From the NCBI GenBank assembly GCA_027604505.1, contig JADIIX010000001.1, positions 310,001-374,000 on the forward strand: a stretch of 64,000 nt of DNA, given 5' to 3'. Position 1 is the first letter of the stretch; every line of letters starts with the position of its first letter. The notes under the pieces are model-generated. The model ran no database searches, had not been told where the DNA came from, and worked only from the letters and a program-made list of their open reading frames with translations. The stretch comes from Gonapodya sp. JEL0774 (Eukaryota). The translations under genes were made by a program, and so were the position numbers. This document shows positions 36,283-48,239 of this stretch, in pieces.

Positions 36283-39200
36283 ATGTCATTGGCACGTCTC
36301 GCAATCGCGCGTGGCGTTTCTATAGCATCATTTGGAGCCGGGCTCTCGCCCCGCTATCACTTGACGTTCCTTCAGAGAAGCTACTCCTCGTTTGCACCTC
36401 CGAACCTCACCCCCCCCCCAATCTTCGTACCTAATAGAATGATTTCCCGTCCACTGTCGTCATCATCACCTATTCTCTTAAAACGGGATCGGGATGAACT
36501 TGAAGGTGGACATGATGTTGCCGTGTCTCCCGAAATTGAAACCGCCAAATCCGTGCCGGGAAGTCAAGGGGAAGACAATGAGCCGCCTTTCTCTGATTCT
36601 TCCACGTCGGGAGCTCAAGGAACACAAGTGCTCATGCAACACGCGGCACTTTGGTATTCTAATGTGGTACCAGTTCGATTGGGATGGTGGGATCTGAGGT
36701 ATCTGTTTGGTGAGTCAACAGAGAGATTATGATGCAATGCCTGCTTACAAAATGTGGGAACTGTGATTATGAGAAAGATGCGAAGATGGATCGATTTGGT
36801 CTGTTTGGTTTGCATGTTTCTGCCCCGTCCAAGAAACACTCTGCTCGGCGTTACGATTGTGCTCCCTGCCTTGGTGAACTATGTCGTTTTGGAATGTTAA
36901 GTTGTGATGGCATACGTGCTTGAGGTGGACGTCTGATCGCCACCCTTTCCCGTGAAAGTTTCCATCAAACCGACTGCCCTCGCCTCATACGCTGAATCCC
37001 ATCTGCTTCCTGCGAAGTTCCCTCAACCATTCCTTGTCCGCTCCGTTGTCGCCTCACCCAAGGAAGGTGGAATGGTACTCTATTATAGTTATGGTGGAGA
37101 CGTCAAGGAAGCCAGGGGTTTAGTAAGGAAGTGGGTCAAGGAGGCTCATGTGAGAAGATGGTATGAGTTTTGGCAAGAAGTTGGCGTTGTTGAGGTCAAG
37201 GTGAGTTTATTGGTGAAGAGAATGATGGGGTGCTTAATCCTTCCTTCCATCCCAGGGCCGACCTTTCGTGGAAGATATGACCAACCGATATCCTAATAAT
37301 TGTCTCCGCGTGGAGTTTCTCCGTGGGCCCGACTTGTCCGTAGAGCAGCTGTTTAATGAGTTTCGCCAATATGGAAAGATAGTAGACGTTCAGGGACCGT
37401 TTCCACCCCAGCTAGCCGGGAGCCCGAGGTGATGAACAAGGCGACGCAAATTGCTGTGCGTTCGCTAACGAGGACGTTTTCAGGTATGCTCTCGTCAAAT
37501 TCCGGAGCCTACGCGCGGCCACAGCGGCGAAAAACGGCTCCCACGGGCAGGAGCTGGCGGGCACCATGTTGGGCACGGGATATGAGCGGCGGCAGAAGGT
37601 CTGTGAGAAAAGGAGCTCTTGGAAGAGGCAAAGCTGATTTTACTGTGGGAAACATCACCCCGTCCAACGTTCTCAGGTTGTCTCAATCATACTCGAGTGG
37701 ATCAACAAGCACACTCGCAGCATTGTCCTCGCAATCACTGCTTTGGCGGCGTTTGTATCTTACGCACTGTTGGACCCTTTGCGGGAGTTTTTCATCTCCA
37801 ACAAGGTGTGATTGTTTTTGCTTTCCCGATACCCTCCCACCCATTGTCCTCTATGGGGACTTAAATCACACCGACACATTTCTTTCCGATAAGATCACGC
37901 ATCGTTACTCCTTGTCTCGGATTGTCCCCCTTTTCTCTCACGCAGATCACAATCTTTCAGCCCTCGATTCATCAGACTCCATGGACCTCGCAAAAGTGGC
38001 GGATCGCCTCCGTAACTCCTTGGAGGGACCGCCTGATACTTTTGTAGTCGTTACGGGCCCAGAAGGTAGCGGAAAGAGAGAAGTGATTCACGCGGTGGGT
38101 GAACAAACAAAGTGGGTTCGGGGATGGCACTTCACGGGATCCTTGTCACCACATTATTGAGTATCACGAATTCTGATCCACGCTATCCGTTGCGCTAGGT
38201 ACCGTCTCGTAATCGATGCCGAATCTCTTCTAACTCAATCAACTGATGAACGAGTGCTCGCGAACTTGTCCGCGCAAACTGGATATTGGCCGTATTTCTC
38301 TGGATTTGCCCGAGTAGCGGGGCTAGTAAGGAGTTCATTGTGTTTATCGACACCATGATTCAACCTCTGATGCCTGCCTCTGCTCAGGCTGACGCCGGTA
38401 TCACCGCCACGACTGGCCAAAAAGCGAATCTCTCTTCCACGCCTCATGAAGATGCCAAGTCAGTTCTTGAAAAGGTTGCTGCCGCCCTAGCCGCTGTTGT
38501 GGAAGAGCAGAGTCTTAAGTCCGGTGGGCTTGAGGGCAAACATCAAGGAGTGCATGTGCCGAAAACTCCGAGTCGCCAGGCTCCAGCAAAGCAAGGTTCC
38601 AAGGTCGTCAGTCGAGACAGAAATGAAGAGGATGAATCTGAAATCCCAGAAAACACGATTGATTATCCGGTGGTGATAATTACCGGTTTCCTTAAGAACA
38701 CGCATGGGAGAGCGCAAAAAAACGCTTGGATGGCAGAATTACTGGCGGACTGGAGTGCTAGATTGGTCCAAAATGATCTTGCACATGTGGTGTTTGAGAC
38801 AGGCAATGCAGGCGCCATAAAGATGCTCGGAAAATGTGCGTTTTGCTTTGTCCACGGTTTCGGTCTCGTTTCTTACTGCTTGGCGAACTTGAAGTCCTCC
38901 CGTCCCGACCTTTTGAGCACATCACCCTCACCGATGCTGCTGTTGATCGCGCGACCAGCTTTGTACAAGCTCGATTGTCAGGCGAGGAAGACCTCATCAA
39001 CAAGCGAGGTGACAACTTATCTCAAGAGACACTTGCCCAGTACCTTGTTGGTCTCGGTGGTAGAATGACTGATCTGAACTTGTGGGTACAGAAAGTCAAG
39101 GCTGGCCTTTCGTTTAAGGGTTAGTGTGGCTGCAACTGTCGGGGATGCGAAAGAATCGCTCGAAGACCCATCGTGACTCATATTGGTTTGATCGCTGTCG

Positions 39201-40034
39201 TACCAGACGCCTTTGACGAACTCGTGTCCAAGTCTATTTCTGAGATTCGCAAATCCGGCTTTGGTGACAACCCCTCTGAGCGAGCTAAGCTACCGTGGAG
39301 CCAGGAGCAGTTTTGGCAGATTGTTGTTGCTCTAACTGATAAAGAGGAGGTCAGAGACAGCCATCTATCGGGTGTCTCATTTTGATGTTCCCTGACATCT
39401 TGCTGATCTCTGGCAGGTATCTTTTGATGCTTTGAAGTACGGGCTCGTGTTCCGTGGAGATGAGTCTCCATTGCTCGCCATGGAAGAAGAAGAGCTAATT
39501 TCCATCTCTCTTCAAAATGGTCAGTACATTCCTGCGATCCAATAGGCGGGCTTGCCAGTCCTTTCCCACTTGACAATTATTTTGCTTTTGTTAGGTCGTC
39601 CATATGCAGTTCGTGCTGCCCGACCAGTTTACCGGACTGCCTTCAAGCATATTGTCGACACAGGTTCGTGCGTCCAAAAATTCAACCCAAGCATGTTAAA
39701 CTGGAGCGTCATGCTTCTAGATGTCCGCTACACTGCCGCGATGAACTCGCAAGTCTCCAAATTTGTAATCGGGAAGGAGTCGGACAAAATCCGCGTCCTC
39801 GAAATGGAGCTTTCACAACTTGCTGGTATCCTTGGCGACACTGTGGGCATGAAGGCGTCTCTATCCCGTGAAGCCCGCCAGGCCCTCGAACAACGAGTCA
39901 ATTTCCTGGCAAGCGAGATTGCGAGCTCGACCGCCAAAATTGCTACCTTTTCCGTGACTGACAAGTTGTGGAAGAAAAAAATGTTAGATAGCATCAAAGA
40001 AGATAAAGAGTATTCCGAATCAATCTGGACATAG
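36283..40034 (+). CDS. YME2: Mitochondrial escape protein 2 (YME2/RNA12; RRM + P-loop-like domain)
   Basis: Presequence-like N-terminus; LWYSNVVPVRLGWWDLRY; PKEGGMVL; GRPFVEDMTNRYP with RRM (LRVEF..PDLSVEQLFNEFRQYGKI); SATAAKNRLHG; FDPLREFFI; VVTGPEGSGK; LAHVVF; LGGRMTDL; ARPVYRTAF. Confidence 0.88.
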
Positions 40035-40169
40035 ATGTTTTGCTCTGTAGTTGTGGAATTATTTTCTAGCATAATACACGTGAGCCAAAAAGACCTAACT
40101 ATTGTTGGCGTTTCCAATGATTAAGAGGAATTAATACTAAGAGTCGTCGCCGCCAATCGGAAACTTGCC

Positions 40170-40208
40170 AAACACCAAACACGGTTTCTAAACACCAAAC
40201 ACGGTTTC
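40170..40208. repeat. 19-bp direct repeat x2 (AAACACCAAACACGGTTTC, 20-bp period) in the convergent intergenic region
   Basis: aaacaccaaacacggtttc-t-aaacaccaaacacggtttc. Confidence 0.8.
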
Positions 40209-40299
40209 AACGTGATAGTCATCCTTCGTACGTGTTGTACACATTGTCTACTGATGTTCATTCGACATACCAGGAGAATGTCCGGTCTAGAAGTTCAGA

Positions 40300-43200
40300 T
40301 CACTGAGCGCCCCCCATCCCCGCATCAAACTCAAACAGACAGCTTCCATCCACCCTTCCGTCCTTCACCACTGCCCTGTCAAGTGAGGCATCCGCTCGTT
40401 CCGTATCCATCGGTTGCGGAAGATCGCAGTCGCCATCTTGCACCATCGCCACGGCAGAGTCCACCTGGTGAAGCATCAATCTCGTGTCAGCACCGTTGAC
40501 GCTCGAATGTCCCGCAGTGTCTTTTCCTGTGCGAGTCACGTCCAGATCTAACTTTCCATCCAAATCCATTTCACTTCCTGCCATGGACATCTCCGTAGCA
40601 TTCAGGTCACCGCGGACGGAAGTGGCCAGCTCCGATACACTCTCTGGAACGAAATCGTTTTCTTTCGCTGCTTCCCTGATTCTGTCGCATTCCCTGAAGC
40701 GCGCATCCTTTTCATCGGCCCATTCCCTGTTGCGCACCTCTCTTTCAGATTTCAACTTCGCTACCTCCTCAGCCATTCTATCCAGCATTCCATTCACCAC
40801 CTCGACTTGGCCGTCAACAATGGCAACTTCCTCCATCTCCGCCCGCTCAAGACTAGACATATCGGCGTTTGCACTCTCCAATAATGAGACTAATTCATGG
40901 ACTCTGTTCTCAGATTCTTTCATTTCCCTGGACCAATATGATTCTGTCTTTGCGGCCCTTTCCAACTCAGCCGCTGCGATCGCTCCGTTCATTTCGAGTT
41001 CCCCGATCTCCTCCACCCCGTCTGCTCCTGCTTTCTCAAATGCGGCCCTCCAAATGACCGCAACTTCCCTGGCCGACTTCAGCTCCTTCTCAACATTCGT
41101 GAGCCTCTCACGTGCTGATTCAAGATCTTTCTTGTGCCGCTCTGCAGCATCAAACGCTTCTCGCGCCTTAGTGGCCTTCTCGGAGAGCGCAAGCCGGTGT
41201 TTGGATTCCACACGAATCGAGATCCGAACCCGGCCAATGAGTTCATCCAGAAGTTTGTGTGCGTTGGTGGGAGGCAGAGGTGGTAGACGGGAAACTCCGC
41301 TGGTGGACTGCCAGTAAATGATTCGCAGAACGAGAGTTAATCAAAACCCAATGCTCCAAAGTTCAGTCTCGCCAGCAACACATTCTACCAACCTCTCTCT
41401 CTCCTTCTTTTCCCCTTTCCTTTCTTCCGGTGCCCCCCGTCCCACTTGAATGTTGAGTCTTTCTCTGGGGCGGGATCTGCCCTTGGAACGATCCTAAATG
41501 AGACTGCGACCTCCGCACTAGAAAAGAATCATCATCCGTGTCATCGCTCTATGTTCAGCAAAAGTAATAATCGTAAGGCAGGGAAATGTCAGTGAACACC
41601 CAATCGATAATGCACATAGCTCGGCGACATCAAAGTCCGCTCCATTACTTACCCTCCCGCCAGCTCTTTTCCCGCCGTACGGTGAGTCCCTTCCCGTGTG
41701 CTCTTCAGATTTACTCTATGAATTGAGCGGGCATACAACAGGGAGGTTCACATCAAAAGGTTCCCGGGATGCTTGTGAGCTTGTCGTCACTGTCCGCCTC
41801 AACACTAGCACGTCAACTCACCCCACTTCCACCTCCAACACGCGCTTTCTTCCTACTTCCATTTTCTTTTGTAACGCTCGCGACAACGCCAGCATTGTCA
41901 GTATTGCCATATCCAGCACCCCATCCCGAAAATACACTCTCCGCCATCTTTCTCTCATGGATTGTGTGTGACAGTTGAACTCCTTGCATGTCCTCGCCTT
42001 TTCCAGTCTGCTCCATAACCTCCTCGTAAACGCTCTTCCTTCTCACACCAACACCCCCCGCCGATACGATCGATCCGCGTCGTCTATGCACGCCGAGTGA
42101 TACAGCGACGACTGTGTCCGAATCCAAGTCGGGTCGTTGGGTGGGACTGGGTAAGTCGCCAGGAATGTACGACCCGAATCCAGAGGCGGAGTACATAGAT
42201 CCCGATGCTGATGCTGTAGCGGATGAAGGAGAGTTTGGCGTAGATGTATCGATACGAGCGGGAGCACGGCGAGCACGAGGCATGGATGTGCGGGGCGGGA
42301 GGGAAGAGGATGCAGAGGAAGACGTGGAAGAGAAGGCTACGTTGAACGTCAAGTTTCCCTTGTGGCCACCGCTGCTACCACCTCCACCTGTCGCTGCGCG
42401 TTTGACTGTAGTAGATTCTGTGGCAACGCGATTCAAACGCACGTAGTCTCGTTCAAAGAAGAAGACACGGGTGCCGTCAGCACGCCGCGTTCCAACCGGG
42501 TACGAAGGATTGGAAGAAAGCTGTTTTTCGATAAGCTGTCGTTGTGGTGTGGTGTTTGCATACTTCACAAGGAATTGGAGGAGCGAAGGGTGCTGGTTGG
42601 GAGTGGTCTTGCAGGCAGCTGCGGAAAACCGGTTAGAAGAAATTAGAGATCAGTGGAAGCATGACGGAACTTAGTGATAGCCGTATATATTCGCCATGGG
42701 GAAGCTCATATGCACCCCGTTCCCCTTGTTGATGTACACTCTCGACGGCGACTCTACAAACAACTCACCGACCAATTCCGCGATCCCGAAATGCCTTCCT
42801 TCATTCCTCTCCAAGAAATCCTTCACAAACGTGAGCCATAGACCTTTGACATCGCTGTGCGAAGTAACTGGGGCGTGCACCAGGGGAGCAGGCAAAGGGA
42901 GATGTGGGGCACTGGAGGAGATAGAAAGTGTAGGTGCGCGGCGATCAAGCGGGGAAGGGGATGTTGCTTGAGCTGCATTTATGTCAGAAGTTATAGATGT
43001 GCTTTCCTGGAAGGTTAGTTCGTTGTTTGCGATTTGCGAGGCCTCTGGGGCTGGGAGTTCTGGGAGGTTGCCAAGTTGAGGGGACCGCGAGGAAGGAGGC
43101 GGTGAGAGAAGAAAGTGCACAGGGGATGGCTGATGATGCTTGTGGTGACCATGATTTGCCTGAGGCTGGTGCCGCTGGTGAAGTTCTTGATGGTTATGGT

Positions 43201-43759
43201 TATGTGGAGTGGGATGGTGATGATGTTGCGGAGCGAAAGCAGGCGAATAGGAAAACCCGAGCGGGATTGAATCTGAGGTTGGTGGTATGGCAGTCAGCAT
43301 AACCGACTTGGTGCCGTGGTACGCGCGGTTCTGAATGTTGAGGTGATTGCTAAGGAGAAAGTTCGAGTGGTCCAAGATGGAGCTGTTGTTGCTAGGTAAT
43401 AGCGGGGACTGGGCGGATGCGAAGTCATCGTTAAGCGGTAGAGATGAGGAGCTGGAAGCACCAGACCGGGAAGGAGACGGCGGGGAGAGCGATTCTGGGT
43501 TGCTGGTGGAAGAGGACGAGCCGCCAGATATGTGGCGGCGTGACGAGTGGTGCGGCAACGAGGCAGAAGACGACTCTTGCTCTTGGTCCATATCAAACAT
43601 GGGTGTAGGAGAGTGTGAGCGCTTGGCGAAAGCGTGGGCAGAGGTCACGCCAGCAAAGGCTGATGCAAGGAGATGTGGTGGCGGAGAAGGCGCGTATGCC
43701 GGAGGCAAGGCGACCTGAGACAGTGCAGAAGATGTCATTGGGCGGAATGATGCAGTCAT
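40300..43759 (-). CDS. Hypothetical protein: disordered S/P/H-rich N-terminus, possible helical DNA-binding domain, C-terminal coiled coil; probably one spliced gene
   Basis: Three long same-strand ORFs (42671-43759, 41813-42568, 40300-41211). A globular segment LWLTFVKDFLERNEGRHFGIAELVGELF...KYANTTPQRQLIEKQLSSNPSY is followed by an E/K/A-rich coiled coil. The junctions between 41211 and 41813 are not resolved. Confidence 0.55.
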
Positions 43760-44562
43760 TGATGCGCTGGACTGCTCAATTCATGTGATGTTACAGAAGC
43801 CGATGAGCGAGTGGTTGACGCGCGACAGCAGAACCACATGATGGTATAAAATGAGTGAGAGCAAATAAAATGTTGTTTCGACGGTCGTTGAGATGGTTGA
43901 AATAACAGTTTTGGTGAGTGATGGGTTGGCAGTTTGTCCATGGCAAGTCGGTAGGTGATGACATAGGAGTGCGCCGGTTGACGCGACGGCGACGAAGAGC
44001 GACAACAAGAATAGATGGTCGAGCACGGTGAGTGAAGCTGAAGGTGCTTGAGGGCTGCAAAGTATTGCCCTATGCGACTACCATCTCATCCATGTCCCCA
44101 CTTCTGGCGCAGTCCAACTCTAGAAGTGCTTGCGTCCGCCCCGGGTAGACTCCCTTCCGACTCTCCATCTACATTCGTTTCCATCCCAATCGTGCCCCAA
44201 TCATCGCAATGAACTCACCGAAAACACGTCGCCGCAGGCTCGCGATCCAACTGTGTGATTTCGCCTTCCCGACCAAGGAAACTCGCCAGACAATCTTTCG
44301 TTGCGCACTTCTTCACTCTCTGTCCCTCTGTTGATGGTGTCACTTCGCTCGATTCTTGAACTGTGATGTCGCGTTTTTGTGTGAAGAATTCGGCGTCTCA
44401 GGTATGTAAGGGGTGGTTGGTCTGTGCCACTCCTGCCATTTATGCAACGGAAACTCTCCGCGAATCTTGCATTCTTGAAACAGATTGTACAAGCTTAATC
44501 GCCACCTCACGAGCTGTACATTCTATTGAAATTCGCCTTGTCATCCCTTAGAACGAAGAGCA

Positions 44563-45687
44563 ATGGCCCAGTTCTTCAATCGTGCTCGGAAAATTGTTGC
44601 CATCGGCAGGAACTATGCGTGGGTCATTGCTCTAATCCCATCTACTGATGATGATGGTGTATGTCTCTTATTGTACCTTCTATCCTCTGATTGCGATGGT
44701 CACTGAATGAAACAATGTGGTCCTTACTCCGAAAACCATGCTGAATGAACTTCCCTTCCCCCTCACACACACCCAATTTACTATGCATGCAAACAGTGAA
44801 CACGCCAAGGAGTTTGGCAACGCCGTTCCAGCGGAGCCTTTTTTCTTCCTCAAACCTCCTTCATCGATGGTTGCCAGCCCAGGACAGGTGGAGATTCCCA
44901 AGGACGTGGAAGTCCATCACGAAGGTATGTAACAAAGGCCTGTCCACGTCACGTTTCTCTGATTTCTAATCGATGGCTTTTCTTCATCAACCACGAAGTT
45001 GAACTCGCTGTTGTTATTGGAAGTGCAGGTCGGGATATTCCAGCCTCTCGTGCACTCGACCACGTCGCTGGTTATGCTTTGGCCTTTGATATGACCGCAA
45101 GGAATGTTCAAGACGTCGCAAAACGTGACAGGCTACCGTGGTCGAAAGCAAAGGGCTTCGACACATTCGCACCGATTGGGTGGGTAGTCATTATTTCACA
45201 CACCATACCGCAGTAAACGACACTCTCTTAACCGTTGTGCTTCATTTCCAGGAAGTTTATTCCGAAAGAACAAATCCCTGATGTGAGCTTGAGCTTCTAT
45301 TCGCTTATATTGACAACCCAATCGCTGTGTTATACCCCCTTAATGATATCCCATTTCCACCACTACCCCTCTGTATCTCTCTTCTCTCTTCAGCCCTCGG
45401 CCCTCCGCCTATGGTGCACTGTTGACAGCCATATCCGCCAAAGTGGTCCCACTTCTGACATGATTCACAACGTCCCCTCCCTCATCGCGTTTGCTTCGTC
45501 AATTGTCACCCTTCAGCCAGACGATGTGATTCTAACTGGTACGCCGAGCGGGGTAGCTGCGGTGCAGCCAGGACAGATCTTGAAAGGGGGTTTGGAGATA
45601 AGTGATGGGAAGGGAGGTTGGAAGATACTAGATGAGATTGAATTCGAATGTGTAAAACGACCAGGTGATGGAAAATTCAGCTGGTGA
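44563..45687 (+). CDS. FAHD1: Fumarylacetoacetate hydrolase family protein (FAHD1/FMP41-like acylpyruvase/oxaloacetate decarboxylase)
   Basis: KIVAIGRNYA|EHAKEFGN, PFFFLKPPSS, VHHE|VELAVVIG, GYALAFDMTARNVQ, PWSKAKGFDTFAP, TLQPDDVILTGTPSGV. Confidence 0.92.
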
Positions 45688-45867
45688 TGGATAGATTCAC
45701 AGCAATTTAAAAATTATTGAGATGACTCAGAAACTTACTTCCTGCGGCTGAAATGTGTCGTCATGATGTTGTTGTGCGTCCTGCCCCACCCACAATCCAA
45801 AAATTCACGTTTGCAATCGGCTAATCGCCCCTACAATTTCATCTCACGACTGAACTTTTCTTACCGT

Positions 45868-47625
45868 ATGACCGACCCATCCGGGCCACACCACCCTCTC
45901 TCTCGCATTCCTCTCCCCGACCTCTCAGGTGTCATTCTCTCCGTACCACAACCTCATACCCTGCTCGTAACTCTAAACAGACCCGGCCGACGGAATGCAA
46001 TCGATAGGTTCGGATTTTTCGCGTGCTTTTTACTTAAGTTTGAGTTGGGGAGAATAGTTACAATTGCAATGATCTCATGCTAATTGGCGTGGCCCTTTCC
46101 CCCCACGCTCAGAATCACAAAGTGAGAATCAATAACGTCACTTCGATTAAAACATTGAGAAGAAAACTGATGGCGAATCATTGTTTCTGTGGGATCAGCG
46201 CGAGTTTACACGAGACATGGTAATAGAGACGTCCGGGCGCCTTCTTTCTCACGGATCGTATACATTTCCATCTCAATTACCCTGATCTGCACGTTAGGAA
46301 CTTATACAAATCACACCCTGACCTGTGAGAATGAATTTTTGACACTTTCCACGCAAATTGGGCTCCACCTCACGGGAGTCTTCCCGTACCTGGTGCTGCA
46401 TACTCACGGGCGCAGGGACATCCTTCTGTGCTGGTCTAGACCTTATCAATGCTGCGGAAACGCGATCAGGGGGGATGCGGCAGAGATGCTGTTTGGAGGT
46501 TCGTTTATTTTCTGTTTAAATATTGTGTAATATGCTTAGGATACAGTATTGAATTGGTGTAAGGATTTGGAGGTCTGACTTCTAGGAAGACCCTAAACAA
46601 GCCCATTATTGCTGCTATCAACGGACTAGCAGCGGGAGGGGGGTGAGATTGTCGATTGAGTCTCCAGAGTGACCACCGATATTGCCTTGTCTTGTCTTTT
46701 ACGCATGCATGACGTATTCTCATTGATCGACGTAGCTTCGAACTTCTTCTTGTGTGTGACATTGTGGTGGCTTCAACGAAGGCCACATTTGCCTTACCGG
46801 AAGTGTAGCGGGGATTGAATGCTCTCAGAGGTATTGTGGTATGGTTTCTCGATTAAGTCCGGTGGATCTCACATGGCACTATACTATGTATGCGGGTACA
46901 TAAATCAGGTGGAGCGGCAAATTTGGGACGATTGATCGGGTGGGTGTGACGTTCATCCAGCGTTGGGAGGTAACCTTCTGATCCCGCGTTTCCCTCGCGA
47001 CACTACCAGCTACCAAAACTCCATGCTCATAATGCTTACTGGTAGAACTTTTTCCGCTGAACAGATCAAGGATCTAGGCCTCGTGCAATTCGTTGTGGAA
47101 CATGAAGTATGGGGAGCGGTGTCAGTCCGTTCAACACATAAATTTACAACGAGTCACATCGGTAGTTAGTTCTCAGGTCTGCACTCTCTATCGCCCAAGA
47201 AATAACCGGCAACTCTCCCGACGCAATCATATGCACCAAATCACAAGCGGGCCTAGAGGTCGGGTGGCCGGAGGCGAACATGACAGCGCTGGTGCTTCCG
47301 GAAGTGAGTGTTAGGAGCCAACATTTCATAGTTTATGTGTTCTGGATTGCCAAGTGTGGTTGTGTTGGAATCTTTGCAGGCTGCAGCAATGTTCATCAAT
47401 GCCAACTACAGTGAAGGCCCTCGGGCATTCAAGGAAAAGCGTTCCCCCCGCTGGGTGCCTCCAATGAGCGTACGATCTTTGAGGGTTCGCTTGACCGTGG
47501 CGGCACTGTGGGTTATGAAGTGGTGGTGGTTTACGACGAAAGGGCGTCAGTTCAAGAGTGTCCTGCCGAGCTTACTGGGAATGGCCATGGGATTTGTTAT
47601 CATAAAAGGATTTGCATTGTGGTGA
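45868..47625 (+). pseudogene. Enoyl-CoA hydratase/crotonase family gene with apparent inactivating lesions
   Basis: Crotonase motifs VTLNRPGRRNAI, ILTGAGTSFCAGLDL, KPIIAAINGLAAGGG, CDIVVAS..ATFALPEV*RGL, EGPRAFKEKRSPRW. Lesions: in-frame TAG at 46806-46808, frame break at the G6 run 46469-46474, and AC instead of AG at the expected acceptor 46388-46389. Confidence 0.7.
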
Positions 47626-48239
47626 CGGTGTCTTGAAGGTAGTCTTGAGCGTCGTTGCAGCAAGTCACCGTGGAGACTGAAGTTTGCACCGGGTTGGCGG
47701 CCAATGGGGCGGCAGAGAAGAAGCGGATGAATCATCGGAATGGCATACAAAACAACATATTCTCTTGATCAAGAATACCAGTATTCTGCAGAGACGATTG
47801 TTATGAGTGAAGAGTCAGTGCTTTGTAGTAGTGGATAGACCAAATCGCTGGTCCACGTAAAACTGCATGCTGCGGCGGACAATGAGGAAAGGAATCGGAA
47901 AGTAGAGGGTAAATATTGAGGAAATCACGCACAAACCGTGATTGCCGGATCCAGATTACTCGGGCTTGTGTTAATAGGCCAACAATATCTTCGGTGTCGG
48001 CGAGACAATCGATAGTTCATTCGCGGTTCTTTCATTGTGTACCCTCATTGTAAGCTTCGTCACCGGAAACGTCGACGAAATTGCTAGTTGATTCATCAGA
48101 GCTGAAAATGTTAGCAGCAGCGATCACCTCGCAGAATGGAAGGAAGGTGCGCTGTGGCAATTAGGATCCTTTATATTGCGTGATCAGTTTGGCCGTCGAA
48201 CGACAAACTCGATTATCCTTTCCCCACGCATTTTCACCA

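Noticed and set aside
40170..40208. Direct repeat as a CRISPR remnant or transposon end
   Set aside because: Only two copies with no spacer, and no cas or transposase nearby. This is a simple local duplication.
46806..46808. In-frame TAG as stop-codon recoding (pyrrolysine or an alternative genetic code)
   Set aside because: TAG terminates other genes here (NUDT12, YME2, cysM), and the same gene has two other lesions. Pseudogenisation is simpler.
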